A stretch of 64,000 nt of DNA from a virus (IMGVR_UViG_3300037067_004901:41538-105537), one strand, 5' to 3'. Positions 1 to 10,248 are shown, counted from the stretch's first letter. The notes: a model not told the origin generated them from the sequence alone. Program-made: numbers and translations.

Positions 1-14
1 TAATAGCCACCTAT

Positions 15-392
15 CTATGCGAGTTTCGTATAACACATTACTTTTTCGCTTCTGTAATAATATAATCGTATTTCTACGTTGTTAGGCTTTCGACTTGCAA
101 CTTTGCTCAAAGCAAGTCGCTCACGTGGTTCTATATAGCCGTTCTTCTTACACGTTATCCACAACTGTCGCTTATTCTTCATCTGAACTACTATATCAAT
201 AGCACTATGCGAGCCTGCACTTCGAATAGCGAATAAAACGTCGTTTCTGTTCTTAAATGAGCGCAGTATTCGAAACTCCATCGCTTCACCTAATTTTCTA
301 TTGTTTCGACCGCGTTCTGCGTTCTGTTCATAAATCATTCGCAGGACTGTCTTATCTTCTTTTGCACAGCTTCGCACTTGCGTTCCACTCAT
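15..392 (-). CDS. Hjc-like Holliday junction resolvase / PD-(D/E)xK nuclease
   Basis: G..E..I...F and RSAGSHSAIDIV match the Hjc pattern; the E-x-K motif appears as ITCK. Confidence 0.65.
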   Translation of the reverse strand: MSGTQVRSCAKEDKTVLRMIYEQNAERGRNNRKLGEAMEFRILRSFKNRNDVLFAIRSAGSHSAIDIVVQMKNKRQLWITCKKNGYIEPRERLALSKVASRKPNNVEIRLYYYRSEKVMCYTKLA

Positions 393-796
393 ATGGCTCT
401 CGCTTTCTTTTGTGTTTCTGTATAGTAGAAGTATATCACGAGCGCACAGAAAGTCAATGCTAAATGTTGCCCATCATCACTACAATTACATTTAAGAATA
501 TAAAAAGTTACTTTCTGGGCAATGCGTGAGATAAGCTGATAAATAGGCTTTAAAAAGCGCAGAGAAAAGAGTATAGTATATCTACAACTAAAATGACGTG
601 ATTTGGGTCTCGGGTCTCGTGAGCGAGCCCTTCTCGGATTTTGTCTCAAAAATCAGGTAAAAACCGTTTTACTCGCAAGTCGTTTGTCTTTAGTTCGACA
701 CCCGAGTATCAATTCTCGCAACTCGCAGCCACGTATCGACATACGAATATCGCAACTCGACATTCACCAATCGACATTCACTACATATCTCTCAAC

Positions 797-1432
797 TCTT
801 AACAGTAGATTGGTATAATCCGTTCAACTGTCAAGAGTAGAAAACTGGCTTTCGAGACTTAACTTTCGAGAACTGGCTTTTAATAGTTGGATTTCGACAT
901 TCTATTCTCAACTATATAGAAAGTTAGTTTCTTAACGGAATAGCGGCTATAGTAAGTTCTTAACAGAATGAACTGTAAATATGATACTCGCGTCTCGGCA
1001 ATAGATAAAATCGCTTAAAAACGCTTACATTTTACGCCATTTGCTCTACTTTCTATAGGAACTAACTTTTGTTTACACAAAAAACTCGAAACTCGGATGA
1101 GCTAGTTTCACACTCAAAAGCCAGTTATTTCGCTCGGCAAAAGTTAGAAACTGGCTTTTTGTTAAGAGAATTTTTTAGTTGGTGATGTCCTAGTCTAATT
1201 ACACCCGAGTGCTTTTTTCGGGTGCAGGAAAATACACTGCAAAAACACACAACAAACTACGTGAAAGTGACCAACGGTTACAAAAAAAACGACCTTCCAT
1301 ATGGGTGCCTGTAGGAGTCGTGGAAAATGCTAACCAAAAAAATATCTAACTTTTTATATAAATATATATATTCTTAACAGGAAACTTGTGCTGGTTTTGT
1401 TTAACAGATTTTTATACTTTTAACTGTTAAGA
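797..1432. repeat. Dispersed short motifs AACTGGCTTT (x4) and TCTTAACAG-like (x6), both orientations
   Basis: AACTGGCTTT at 843, 871, 1149 and reverse at 1117; TCTTAAC[AG][AG] at 797, 930, 958, 1372 and reverse at 1159, 1424. Confidence 0.6.
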
Positions 1433-1600
1433 GAATTTGTGTGATTTCCAATTATATAGACATATATCAACATAGTGCTTTTTTTCGTAACTATTGGTCA
1501 CATTCGAGCGTCAAAGTGAAGTTTTTTAAATATCCATTTTTTTTACAAAATAGCTGTTTTTCTTCATTAAAACGATTTTATTTTGCAGGTTAAGATAATG

Positions 1601-1629
1601 TTGACAAGTGTATAGTATTATGATATACT
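1601..1629 (+). promoter_or_regulatory. Consensus sigma70 promoter with extended -10
   Basis: TTGACA-17 bp-TATACT with TG upstream of -10. Confidence 0.8.
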
Positions 1630-1635
1630 TCTATA

Positions 1636-1946
1636 TGTAAGCAGAGAGTTTTGCGACTTCTCTTGTTTACTCATGGTTATCGGTTGTGTTGATTACGAAA
1701 AGTAGGATAATAGTGTAAACTATGTAATTATGAGCGTAAAATTCTACATTGAACGGCGTAGTTGCTCGTAACGTGCTTACCAACACAACTCGTGTTTCGC
1801 GCAGAGTGGACATCGTGTTCACTCGCTTTCGAAGAAGAAGAAGCTGAGAATAGAAAGTGTTGAAGTTGATTCCTCCTTCACGAGTATATTTTCAGTTTCT
1901 TCTTCTTTTTTTCTGGTCAACCTTTTACATTAACCGATATAGCCAC
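1636..1946 (+). ncRNA. Candidate structured ncRNA (~300 nt)
   Basis: Directly follows the promoter, no ORF on the track, many complementary stems including a long-range closing helix. Confidence 0.5.
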
Positions 1947-2061
1947 AATTCGATTAAAATGTAATTATTTTTTTGCGAAAATTGATTGGAAGGATCCTAA
2001 ATTAAGAGAATTGAAAAGTTAGCCACGGTTTGTAGTAGGCTGAGAAAAATGCTCGTTTAAA

Positions 2062-2090
2062 TTGACTTTTAGTTGTATATGTGATAAACT
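2062..2090 (+). promoter_or_regulatory. sigma70 promoter
   Basis: TTGACT-17 bp-TAAACT with extended TG. Confidence 0.65.
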
Positions 2091-2125
2091 ATAAATAAAG
2101 AAAGAAAGTTAAAAATAAAGAAAGG

Positions 2126-2368
2126 ATGGGTTGTTATATGAATAAGATAATGTTAGTTATTAGTATAGCATTAGTTATGCTGTTTGCAAATGAAGCGTCT
2201 GCGCTAAATGTAATGCGTGTCAACGGGTCTGTTACGCATAGAAGTATAAATCGAAAAGAAATGCGTAATATAACAAATCAAGATAGGGTGAATTCATCAC
2301 GTTATATCTTTATAAATAACAAAAAGAGAGGGGGTGAACAAGATGAAGAAAAGGATAAAGCTGAATAA
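2126..2368 (+). CDS. Hypothetical protein with signal peptide
   Basis: MNKIMLVISIALVMLFANEASA resembles a signal peptide. Confidence 0.5.
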   Translation: MGCYMNKIMLVISIALVMLFANEASALNVMRVNGSVTHRSINRKEMRNITNQDRVNSSRYIFINNKKRGGEQDEEKDKAE

Positions 2369-2657
2369 ATATGTCGTGAACACGACTAAGGCTGGAGGGC
2401 TCGTATTTACAGCTTTGAAGACGCTCGCTAATAATAAAAAGCGAACTGACAAAGCAACGTTATCGAGAAGTGAAGTCAATGAATTGAAGAGGGCGAAATC
2501 GAAAGACGCCTTCTTTTCACTTGTTGATAAATATATCGTAGATAGAGCTAAGATTGGCTCTGCGGCAAAACGCGCGGGTCAGACACTAAATACCGGTTAT
2601 GACGCGGCTCATTATCGAGTTGCGAAAGAATTGGGTTTAGCGAAGATAGTAGCGTAA
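2334..2657 (+). CDS. Basic hypothetical protein, paralog of 4169..4588
   Basis: SD GGGGGTG before the ATG at 2343; shares motif TxNTxYDxxHxxxAKxL. Confidence 0.7.
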   Translation: MNKMKKRIKLNKYVVNTTKAGGLVFTALKTLANNKKRTDKATLSRSEVNELKRAKSKDAFFSLVDKYIVDRAKIGSAAKRAGQTLNTGYDAAHYRVAKELGLAKIVA

Positions 2658-2665
2658 CGAGAAAA

Positions 2666-2702
2666 GAGGGGCGAGCGTAGAAATGCGCTCGTCTCTTTTT
2701 TT
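2666..2702 (+). terminator. Rho-independent terminator
   Basis: GC-rich stem with GAAA loop followed by T7. Confidence 0.8.
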
Positions 2703-2784
2703 GGCTTGTGAAATACAGTTGGACGCGCGCTCGTCCAATGACTTTTGCATATTTTGCTCGGTGAAGTTATAGTTAGCCGAGTGC

Positions 2785-2812
2785 TTGACTTGCGCTTTGC
2801 ATAGTGTATACT
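2785..2812 (+). promoter_or_regulatory. sigma70 promoter
   Basis: TTGACT-16 bp-TATACT. Confidence 0.55.
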
Positions 2813-2862
2813 TATAGTAGAAAGCGAGAGAGAAACGAACACAAAAGAAAGCGAGTTGAAAA

Positions 2863-3006
2863 ATGCCAAAATGTAAAGAATGCAAGAAAAGCGACAAAGT
2901 AGTTATTGCGAGTTATAAGTTAAGAAACGGTAAAAAAGATAAGTATTTTGAATGTGAACGCTGTAACTGTGTTGTTAAAAGAATAAGTAAATTTAAAATA
3001 GACTAA
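2863..3006 (+). CDS. Small Zn-ribbon protein (47 aa, not in ORF track)
   Basis: MPKCKECK...FECERCN, two CxxC pairs. Confidence 0.55.
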   Translation: MPKCKECKKSDKVVIASYKLRNGKKDKYFECERCNCVVKRISKFKID

Positions 3007-3016
3007 TAGAAAGGAG

Positions 3017-3211
3017 ATGAGTAAAATGTTTACACAAATACATTATGTAGAAGTAGCAAAAGTTATTAACAAGAATATACAGAAAGCAGATAAAGTTGGT
3101 ATATTCTCGAAACAAGCTGTTGTAAGCGTTGCTGTGGATTTCGCAAAATTGTTTGCAAAAGATAATGCGAAATTTGATGTTATGAAATTTAAGTCAGCGT
3201 GCGGTATATAA
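3017..3211 (+). CDS. Hypothetical phage protein
   Basis: SD AAGGAG; ORF track. Confidence 0.6.
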   Translation: MSKMFTQIHYVEVAKVINKNIQKADKVGIFSKQAVVSVAVDFAKLFAKDNAKFDVMKFKSACGI

Positions 3212-3235
3212 AAATAATCGAAAGCGAGGCGCGAA

Positions 3236-3358
3236 ATGACCGAATTATTAAGATTTGTCTATAAGTTAGAAGCTGAAAGACAGAAGCGAGAGATTAAAGC
3301 GGCGCTCATTAAGTTATTAAAGACAAAACGAGCGAGAAAGGCGGTGGCTAATGTCTAA
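3236..3358 (+). CDS. Small basic protein (40 aa)
   Basis: Fills the gap in the operon; overlaps the next start. Confidence 0.45.
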   Translation: MTELLRFVYKLEAERQKREIKAALIKLLKTKRARKAVANV

Positions 3359-3941
3359 TATGTCGAGATTAGCGCAGGGTATCGAAGAAGCGTGCAATGC
3401 GTGTCAAGATATGAAATGCGAGGGTTGCAAAATTGTTGTAGACATTGGCGACAAAGTAGTTACTGTCAACGGTAAGACGCACGACATTTTGAGCGTCAAG
3501 CTTAAAGAAGAAGTAAAAAAAGAAAAAGTGAAAGAAGCTTGTATGAATTATTCGAAAGGCAAGTGGAATTTCTCGAAGTTAGCACGTTTTTTGAAACACG
3601 TTGCGTGCGTTGTGTTATTGTTGTTAATAACGCACAATGCGTTTGCAGTTGAAATAAATATTGAGAAATTGGCAGACGCAATATACAAAGCAGAGGGCGG
3701 TAGTAAGACTTCGCATCCTTACGGAATATTGAAGCATTACAAGTATACAACTGCAAGACAAGCCTGCATCAACACTATAAAGCACGCATTAAAAGATTTT
3801 AATGAGCAAGGTGACTTTATAGAGTTTTTAGGAAGTCGTTATTGCCCAACACATTGGGAAAATACATATCAAGCTACAAGAGAAGAATATCTATTGAATA
3901 GATATTGGGTAAAGAACGTCAAATACTTCTATAATCAATAA
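3351..3941 (+). CDS. Membrane-anchored lysozyme-like domain protein (putative)
   Basis: Hydrophobic segment followed by AIYKAE...RYCP...WVKNV. Confidence 0.45.
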   Translation: MSNMSRLAQGIEEACNACQDMKCEGCKIVVDIGDKVVTVNGKTHDILSVKLKEEVKKEKVKEACMNYSKGKWNFSKLARFLKHVACVVLLLLITHNAFAVEINIEKLADAIYKAEGGSKTSHPYGILKHYKYTTARQACINTIKHALKDFNEQGDFIEFLGSRYCPTHWENTYQATREEYLLNRYWVKNVKYFYNQ

Positions 3942-4168
3942 AATAAAATAATTTTGGGCAACTAAAAAAAATAACCGATATATTCCTATTACGGTTTGGA
4001 GAAAATATAAACAGGTTATCAACATTTTATCAACAGGAAATCCACATTTAAAAAGTTTTTAAAAAGAAGTTTAAAAAAGAACTTAGGAAGGTTCCTAAAA
4101 AAATAAGCAAAAAAAATTCGAGAAGTAAAAGACAATTTGCGCTTTGTGTTTTGTGTGTGTTTTTATTT

Positions 4169-4588
4169 TTACTTCTTTGCTTTTGCTTTCGTTGTTGTCT
4201 TTGATGTCTTCTTGACTTTCGACATCTTGACAAGCGACGCTTTGACTTCTTTCTTACGTCTATCGTTTGACGCTGTAAAAGCGTCTTTGTTTAAGAGCTT
4301 CGCTATCGACGTATGAACTTTGTCATAGTGCGTGTTTTTCGTTAACATCGCTTTGCGTGCTTGTGCGTCGAGATGCTCGACTAACAAGAACTTGTTAGCG
4401 ACGCTTGTAAACTCTTTGAACGTGCGCGCGCTTTTTAGCTTTGCGCTGTCTTGCGCGTCGAACACATAAGCACGCTTTTCGCTTGTGTTGTCGCTGTATA
4501 AGCGAACATAAGAGAGAGCGACTTTATTTTTTATCTGCGACGCTGTTAAATTCAGCACTTTCAAAATCATCTTTTTGAGTTTTGACAT
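4169..4588 (-). CDS. Basic protein lacking Gly/Pro/Trp/Cys, in GG/CC-free tract
   Basis: Own promoter, Lys-rich tail, paralog of 2334..2657. Confidence 0.75.
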   Translation of the reverse strand: MSKLKKMILKVLNLTASQIKNKVALSYVRLYSDNTSEKRAYVFDAQDSAKLKSARTFKEFTSVANKFLLVEHLDAQARKAMLTKNTHYDKVHTSIAKLLNKDAFTASNDRRKKEVKASLVKMSKVKKTSKTTTKAKAKK

Positions 4589-4748
4589 TGTGTATCTCGC
4601 TTTCTTGCGCTTTGTCTTTTACTTCTCGAACTTTACTTTTTAAATGTTTACTTACTCGACGCTATGCTTTCGCATTAGTTTATAACGTTTTACGTTCAGC
4701 ATTTAAATTTCATTATTTGTTAATGAGCGTTTAACTTCTTATGTATAT

Positions 4749-4776
4749 AGTATATCATATTATATACTAAATGCAA
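4749..4776 (-). promoter_or_regulatory. sigma70 promoter (leftward)
   Basis: TTGCAT-16 bp-TATACT with extended TG on minus strand. Confidence 0.55.
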
Positions 4777-5032
4777 GAATTATTTTATATTTTTTCGTTT
4801 TTATTTTTATGCTAATAAGCACGAAAAGATATAACATACCCCCCAGTTATTTCTCGTCGAGAAAAAAAGTTGAAAAATAAAAATCGATGTCTACTGTATC
4901 TTACACTGAAGGTCCGCATTTTTTGTAATTGTAGTATAGAATATCACCAACTAAATATAATATGTCATATATGTTATTTTTATTATCGAAACTTCACTTT
5001 TATTTCAAAATATATATTTTTTTATTTTTCCC

Positions 5033-5061
5033 TTGACAAAAACGATTTTATATGATATACT
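5033..5061 (+). promoter_or_regulatory. Consensus sigma70 promoter
   Basis: TTGACA-17 bp-TATACT with TG. Confidence 0.8.
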
Positions 5062-5092
5062 TTACACGAAAATAAAAGAAAGGAGTTTATGA

Positions 5093-5398
5093 ATGCATAG
5101 AGATTATGTTTATTATGGACACGATGCACAGATAGATGTGTCAAATGGGGTTTTTCAAAATCCTTTTTCAGTAGAAAGTGAAATTGTACATATACACGAC
5201 AATCCAGATAACATGCGCGCGAGAAGCAAGTATCAAAAAACAAGTAACATAGCAAAATTCTCATCTACAGCAACACTTACAATTGCTGATTTAGAAGAAG
5301 CAAAACGACGCATATCATCTGTTGAATCATCAGAAATTCCAATTGCACCAATACGTTTTATTAATTCTTATTCTATTACAGGCGGTGCTAGCTCATGA
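5093..5398 (+). CDS. Hypothetical protein
   Basis: SD AAGGAG; follows promoter. Confidence 0.6.
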   Translation: MHRDYVYYGHDAQIDVSNGVFQNPFSVESEIVHIHDNPDNMRARSKYQKTSNIAKFSSTATLTIADLEEAKRRISSVESSEIPIAPIRFINSYSITGGASS

Positions 5399-5455
5399 GT
5401 TCTAGCGTCATATCATATATATATTATATTTCGCGCTAGAAAGCATCGCCTTTTT
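5380..5455 (+). terminator. Long hairpin with T-tract
   Basis: AGGCGGTGCT/AGCATCGCCT and TTCTAGCG/CGCTAGAA stems followed by a T run. Confidence 0.45.
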
Positions 5456-5462
5456 AAATTAT

Positions 5463-5538
5463 TGCGGGATGGACAAGTGGTTAAGTCGATTGGCTCATAA
5501 CCAATATATCATGGGTTCAAATCCCATTCCCGCTACCA
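5463..5538 (+). tRNA. tRNA-Met(CAT), initiator-like 1:72 mismatch
   Basis: Cloverleaf, anticodon arm ATTGG-CTCATAA-CCAAT, TTCAAAT T-loop, CCA. Confidence 0.9.
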
Positions 5539-5540
5539 AT

Positions 5541-5816
5541 TTGTCGCTGTGTGTCACGCACTAGAACGCACGATGTTTTTGCTACTCATCGTAGTTATAA
5601 ATCATAGACCCAATGATACATATGTTTAATCATGTAGATGTGTATATCTGAAGCACAGACTTGAAGATATCTAGAGCGACGATTATTTGGGTGCGACAAC
5701 TTTGCCCAGCTATTTAGTTGTTGTATGTATGATTATCTCGATAAGAGCATATACCCGTCAAATAGCTATGGTATACGCGCGGCGGCGTGGAATCGCGTTG
5801 AGCATTGAGACACGCA
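5541..5816 (+). ncRNA. Candidate structured RNA between tRNA-Met and groEL
   Basis: Multiple nested stems and a possible 5'/3' pseudoknot. Confidence 0.45.
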
Positions 5817-5844
5817 TTTTAAAAATAAGAAAGGAGATTTTTGA

Positions 5845-7473
<1,629 letters not shown>

Positions 7474-7504
7474 AATTTTTTTATAGATAAGGAGACTTTT
7501 TTTA

Positions 7505-8332
7505 ATGCAAGTCGTTGATTTATCAAAAAAACAAGAATTAGAAAAATTTGATGTTAAAGTAAGCGAAGAACTTATTGTAGCGATAAGTCAATACAAGAGT
7601 ATTGATTATACAAAATCGGCTATAGAAGCATTAAAGAAAGAGGGCGTTAAGTTTACAACGCTCATTTTGTTTGATGGTAGTTCTGATGAAGATTATGAGA
7701 AAATTCAGAATCTTGCTGATATAAGCATTCGAATAAAGAAACGGATAAATAGCTTACCACAAATATGGAACATCATGTTTGGCGCAGCCAAGCTCACCGC
7801 GGCTAAATATTTGTATTGGCAAGGTTCTGATATGTTATTAAACGAGCATGGTTTAGAAAATATGCTCATGACTATGAAGTTAGGTTATGACGCAGTAAGT
7901 CCAATTAAAATTGATAATGATGTTGAAAGATTTAAAAATTATAAAAGAGTTTATAATCGCGTAATGCGATGTGCTGGTATAAATGATAGCGCATGTCTAT
8001 TTCGTTTAGATAAGCTAGACTTTTTTTGTTTTGATGAAATGTATGCGCCGTATCAATTCGAGACAAGCGCGTTGGGTTATGCGCTGTTTCGTAAAAAATG
8101 CAGAATGTGCATAGATGATAACGCTGTCATATTACATTATTGCAGTAAAGATATAGAGCATAGCCCAAAAGAGCGTGAAATCGGAAGTAAAACTTGGGAT
8201 ATGAAGCGCGATTATTTTTTAAAAGACGCAAGTGAAGATAAGAGATGGTTCTTTGAAAAATCTATAATGAACAGCGAAATCGTAAAAGATATTGGGTTCC
8301 CAGCGCATATTTATTTAGGAGACCCAAAATGA
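7505..8332 (+). CDS. Glycosyltransferase, GT2-like
   Basis: ILFDGSSD and YWQGSDML resemble GT-A motifs. Confidence 0.55.
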   Translation: MQVVDLSKKQELEKFDVKVSEELIVAISQYKSIDYTKSAIEALKKEGVKFTTLILFDGSSDEDYEKIQNLADISIRIKKRINSLPQIWNIMFGAAKLTAAKYLYWQGSDMLLNEHGLENMLMTMKLGYDAVSPIKIDNDVERFKNYKRVYNRVMRCAGINDSACLFRLDKLDFFCFDEMYAPYQFETSALGYALFRKKCRMCIDDNAVILHYCSKDIEHSPKEREIGSKTWDMKRDYFLKDASEDKRWFFEKSIMNSEIVKDIGFPAHIYLGDPK

Positions 8333-9387
8333 ACATACTAGTTTGTGTCGGAGCAAGTGAACCGAGTTATACGAGTAGCAAGAGTTTTATTAGAGCGTTA
8401 AAACGCGCTGGGTATGATGTCAGAACGTGTGGTGCATATTATAAATACGATAGAGAACGCACAGAACAAGTCGATTTTGAATTAGAAGACAAATGTTTTC
8501 CAGAATTATATACATATGAAGAAGTATTAAAAAGCACTAAAGATTTTAAAGCAGATATTATATTACAAATAGAACCACATTTTTATTTATGTGGGGAAAA
8601 ACCAAAAGATATAAAAAGTTATTATTGGATTCTAGACCCACATCGAGGTGGTTATGCATACAGAAATCTTGCTAAACAAGGTGATTTTAATGCATTGTTT
8701 ATGTCGCAAACTTATTTTTCTGATAGTTATTTAGAATTTGCAAAAAAAATTTATTTCTTTCCACAAGCAGTAGATATAGATAGAATTAAATATGATGAAA
8801 ACATTAAAGCAGAATGCGACATCGCGTTTATCGGTGAAACAGGCATTGCAGATAGATGCATGAGATACGACAAACGAGATGCAGATAATTATGAATATAC
8901 GAATTTAATTAATGATAATTATATATTAGATTCAGAAATATATAAAGATTACGCAGAAAGAGCGAAATTGTTAATGTTGTTATCTCGTGGCTTTGATGTT
9001 CGTATATATAAAAAGAATTTTAATACAGATTATTCTAAAATAATACAAAAAGGTAAAATTGCTTTTCATCGTAGTTTATTTAAAGATATAACATTGCGAA
9101 ATTTTGAATCTTTAGCTTTAAAGCGTGCGCTTGTATGCGATTACGTACCGAATCTAGAAAAGTTGATGATAAACTATAAGCATTGTCTTATGTATAAAGC
9201 TTTTGGATTCAATACAGAACTTGAAAACTTTAAACTTGATTATGAACAGGCGAAAGAAGCTGTTGACATTTTGCTAAAAGATGATAAAATGAGAAATGAT
9301 ATTGCAGAGAATGCGTATCAACATGTTATGAAATATCATACTTTTGATAATCGCGTTAAAGAAATGATGAGCGTTATTACGGGATAG
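8329..9387 (+). CDS. Glycosyltransferase (CgeB/DUF3880-like GT-B)
   Basis: DIAFIGE, RNFESLA, IAENAYQHVMKYHTFDNRV. Confidence 0.75.
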   Translation: MNILVCVGASEPSYTSSKSFIRALKRAGYDVRTCGAYYKYDRERTEQVDFELEDKCFPELYTYEEVLKSTKDFKADIILQIEPHFYLCGEKPKDIKSYYWILDPHRGGYAYRNLAKQGDFNALFMSQTYFSDSYLEFAKKIYFFPQAVDIDRIKYDENIKAECDIAFIGETGIADRCMRYDKRDADNYEYTNLINDNYILDSEIYKDYAERAKLLMLLSRGFDVRIYKKNFNTDYSKIIQKGKIAFHRSLFKDITLRNFESLALKRALVCDYVPNLEKLMINYKHCLMYKAFGFNTELENFKLDYEQAKEAVDILLKDDKMRNDIAENAYQHVMKYHTFDNRVKEMMSVITG

Positions 9388-9468
9388 GGTAATTGGTAGC
9401 CCAGCAGACTTTGAATCTGCCAGAACAAAATAGTTCGCGTGGAAGTTCGAATCTTTCTCCCGTAACCA
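9378..9468 (+). tRNA. tRNA-Gln(TTG) with long variable arm
   Basis: TACGGGA/TCCCGTA acceptor, GCAGA-CTTTGAA-TCTGC, ~20-nt variable region, TTCGAAT, CCA. Confidence 0.85.
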
Positions 9469-9652
9469 AAAAAGATAGGAGAGAATGATATGTATAAAGT
9501 AACAATAAAACTAAAGAACGTTGATTCTGTAGTTTATGATGATGTAGAAGATTATGATATTGACGAAGTTACTATAGATTTAAGCATTGGTGAAAATAGG
9601 AAAATAATTTTTCCTCTTATTAATGTAGAATCAGTAGATATAGCAAAGTTAG

Positions 9653-9916
9653 ATGAATCTTAAAAAAATGAAGATTATTTTAAGAAACGAGAATATAGAA
9701 CAGATGAGAAAGCGTCACGAAAAAGAAATCGAGACGCTTCAGAAGAAATGTAAACATAAAGAAATTAGTGACTGGATGGAGTATCATTTTGCAATTGGTC
9801 ACTTTTCGCATTATGTAAAAGTTTGTAAATATTGTGGTAAAATTATAAAAGAAGATAAACCGAAATTCGTAACACATAATATAGGATTTGAAAAAGCAGT
9901 TAAATTGGGGGATTAG
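9653..9916 (+). CDS. Hypothetical Cys/His-rich protein
   Basis: CKH...CKYCG. Confidence 0.55.
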   Translation: MNLKKMKIILRNENIEQMRKRHEKEIETLQKKCKHKEISDWMEYHFAIGHFSHYVKVCKYCGKIIKEDKPKFVTHNIGFEKAVKLGD

Positions 9917-9983
9917 TAGCTAACTGGGAAAACATGTGCTTTGCAAGCATGAATTATCGGTTCGAATCCGATATCCTCCACCA
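9907..9983 (+). tRNA. tRNA-Ala(TGC)
   Basis: G3:U70 identity pair, TGC anticodon, CCA. Confidence 0.92.
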
Positions 9984-10171
9984 AAAAAAGGAGTGAAAGA
10001 AAGTGAAAAAAGCAAATAAGACGATACGACGCGAAAAAATAGCAGTAATCAATGCATGGATGAATAAATTCCCATGTAAAAATTATTTTAAATATCAAGA
10101 TGGCGGTTGTATTCATGACCGTATTAATGCACGCGAAATATATAATTTTATAGAAGCAAAATTTAGATAAT

Positions 10172-10248
10172 CAGGACGTGGGCTAGTTTGGTAAGTCACT
10201 CGGCCTGGGACCGAGTAATCGCTGGTTCAAATCCAGCCGTCCTGACCA
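10172..10248 (+). tRNA. tRNA-Pro(TGG)
   Basis: CAGGACG/CGTCCTG, CTCGG-CCTGGGA-CCGAG, CCA. Confidence 0.88.

Noticed and set aside
257-818. ORFs 257..463, 389..649 and 603..818
   Set aside because: No recognisable motifs; they overlap the resolvase or the repeat region.
5380-5455. Hammerhead ribozyme (CTCATGA...GAAA)
   Set aside because: The core is CTCATGA rather than CTGATGA and stem I is missing; a plain hairpin or terminator fits better.
5549-5816. Group II intron (GTGTG/GTGCG starts)
   Set aside because: No recognisable domain V or VI, no interrupted gene, and too short.
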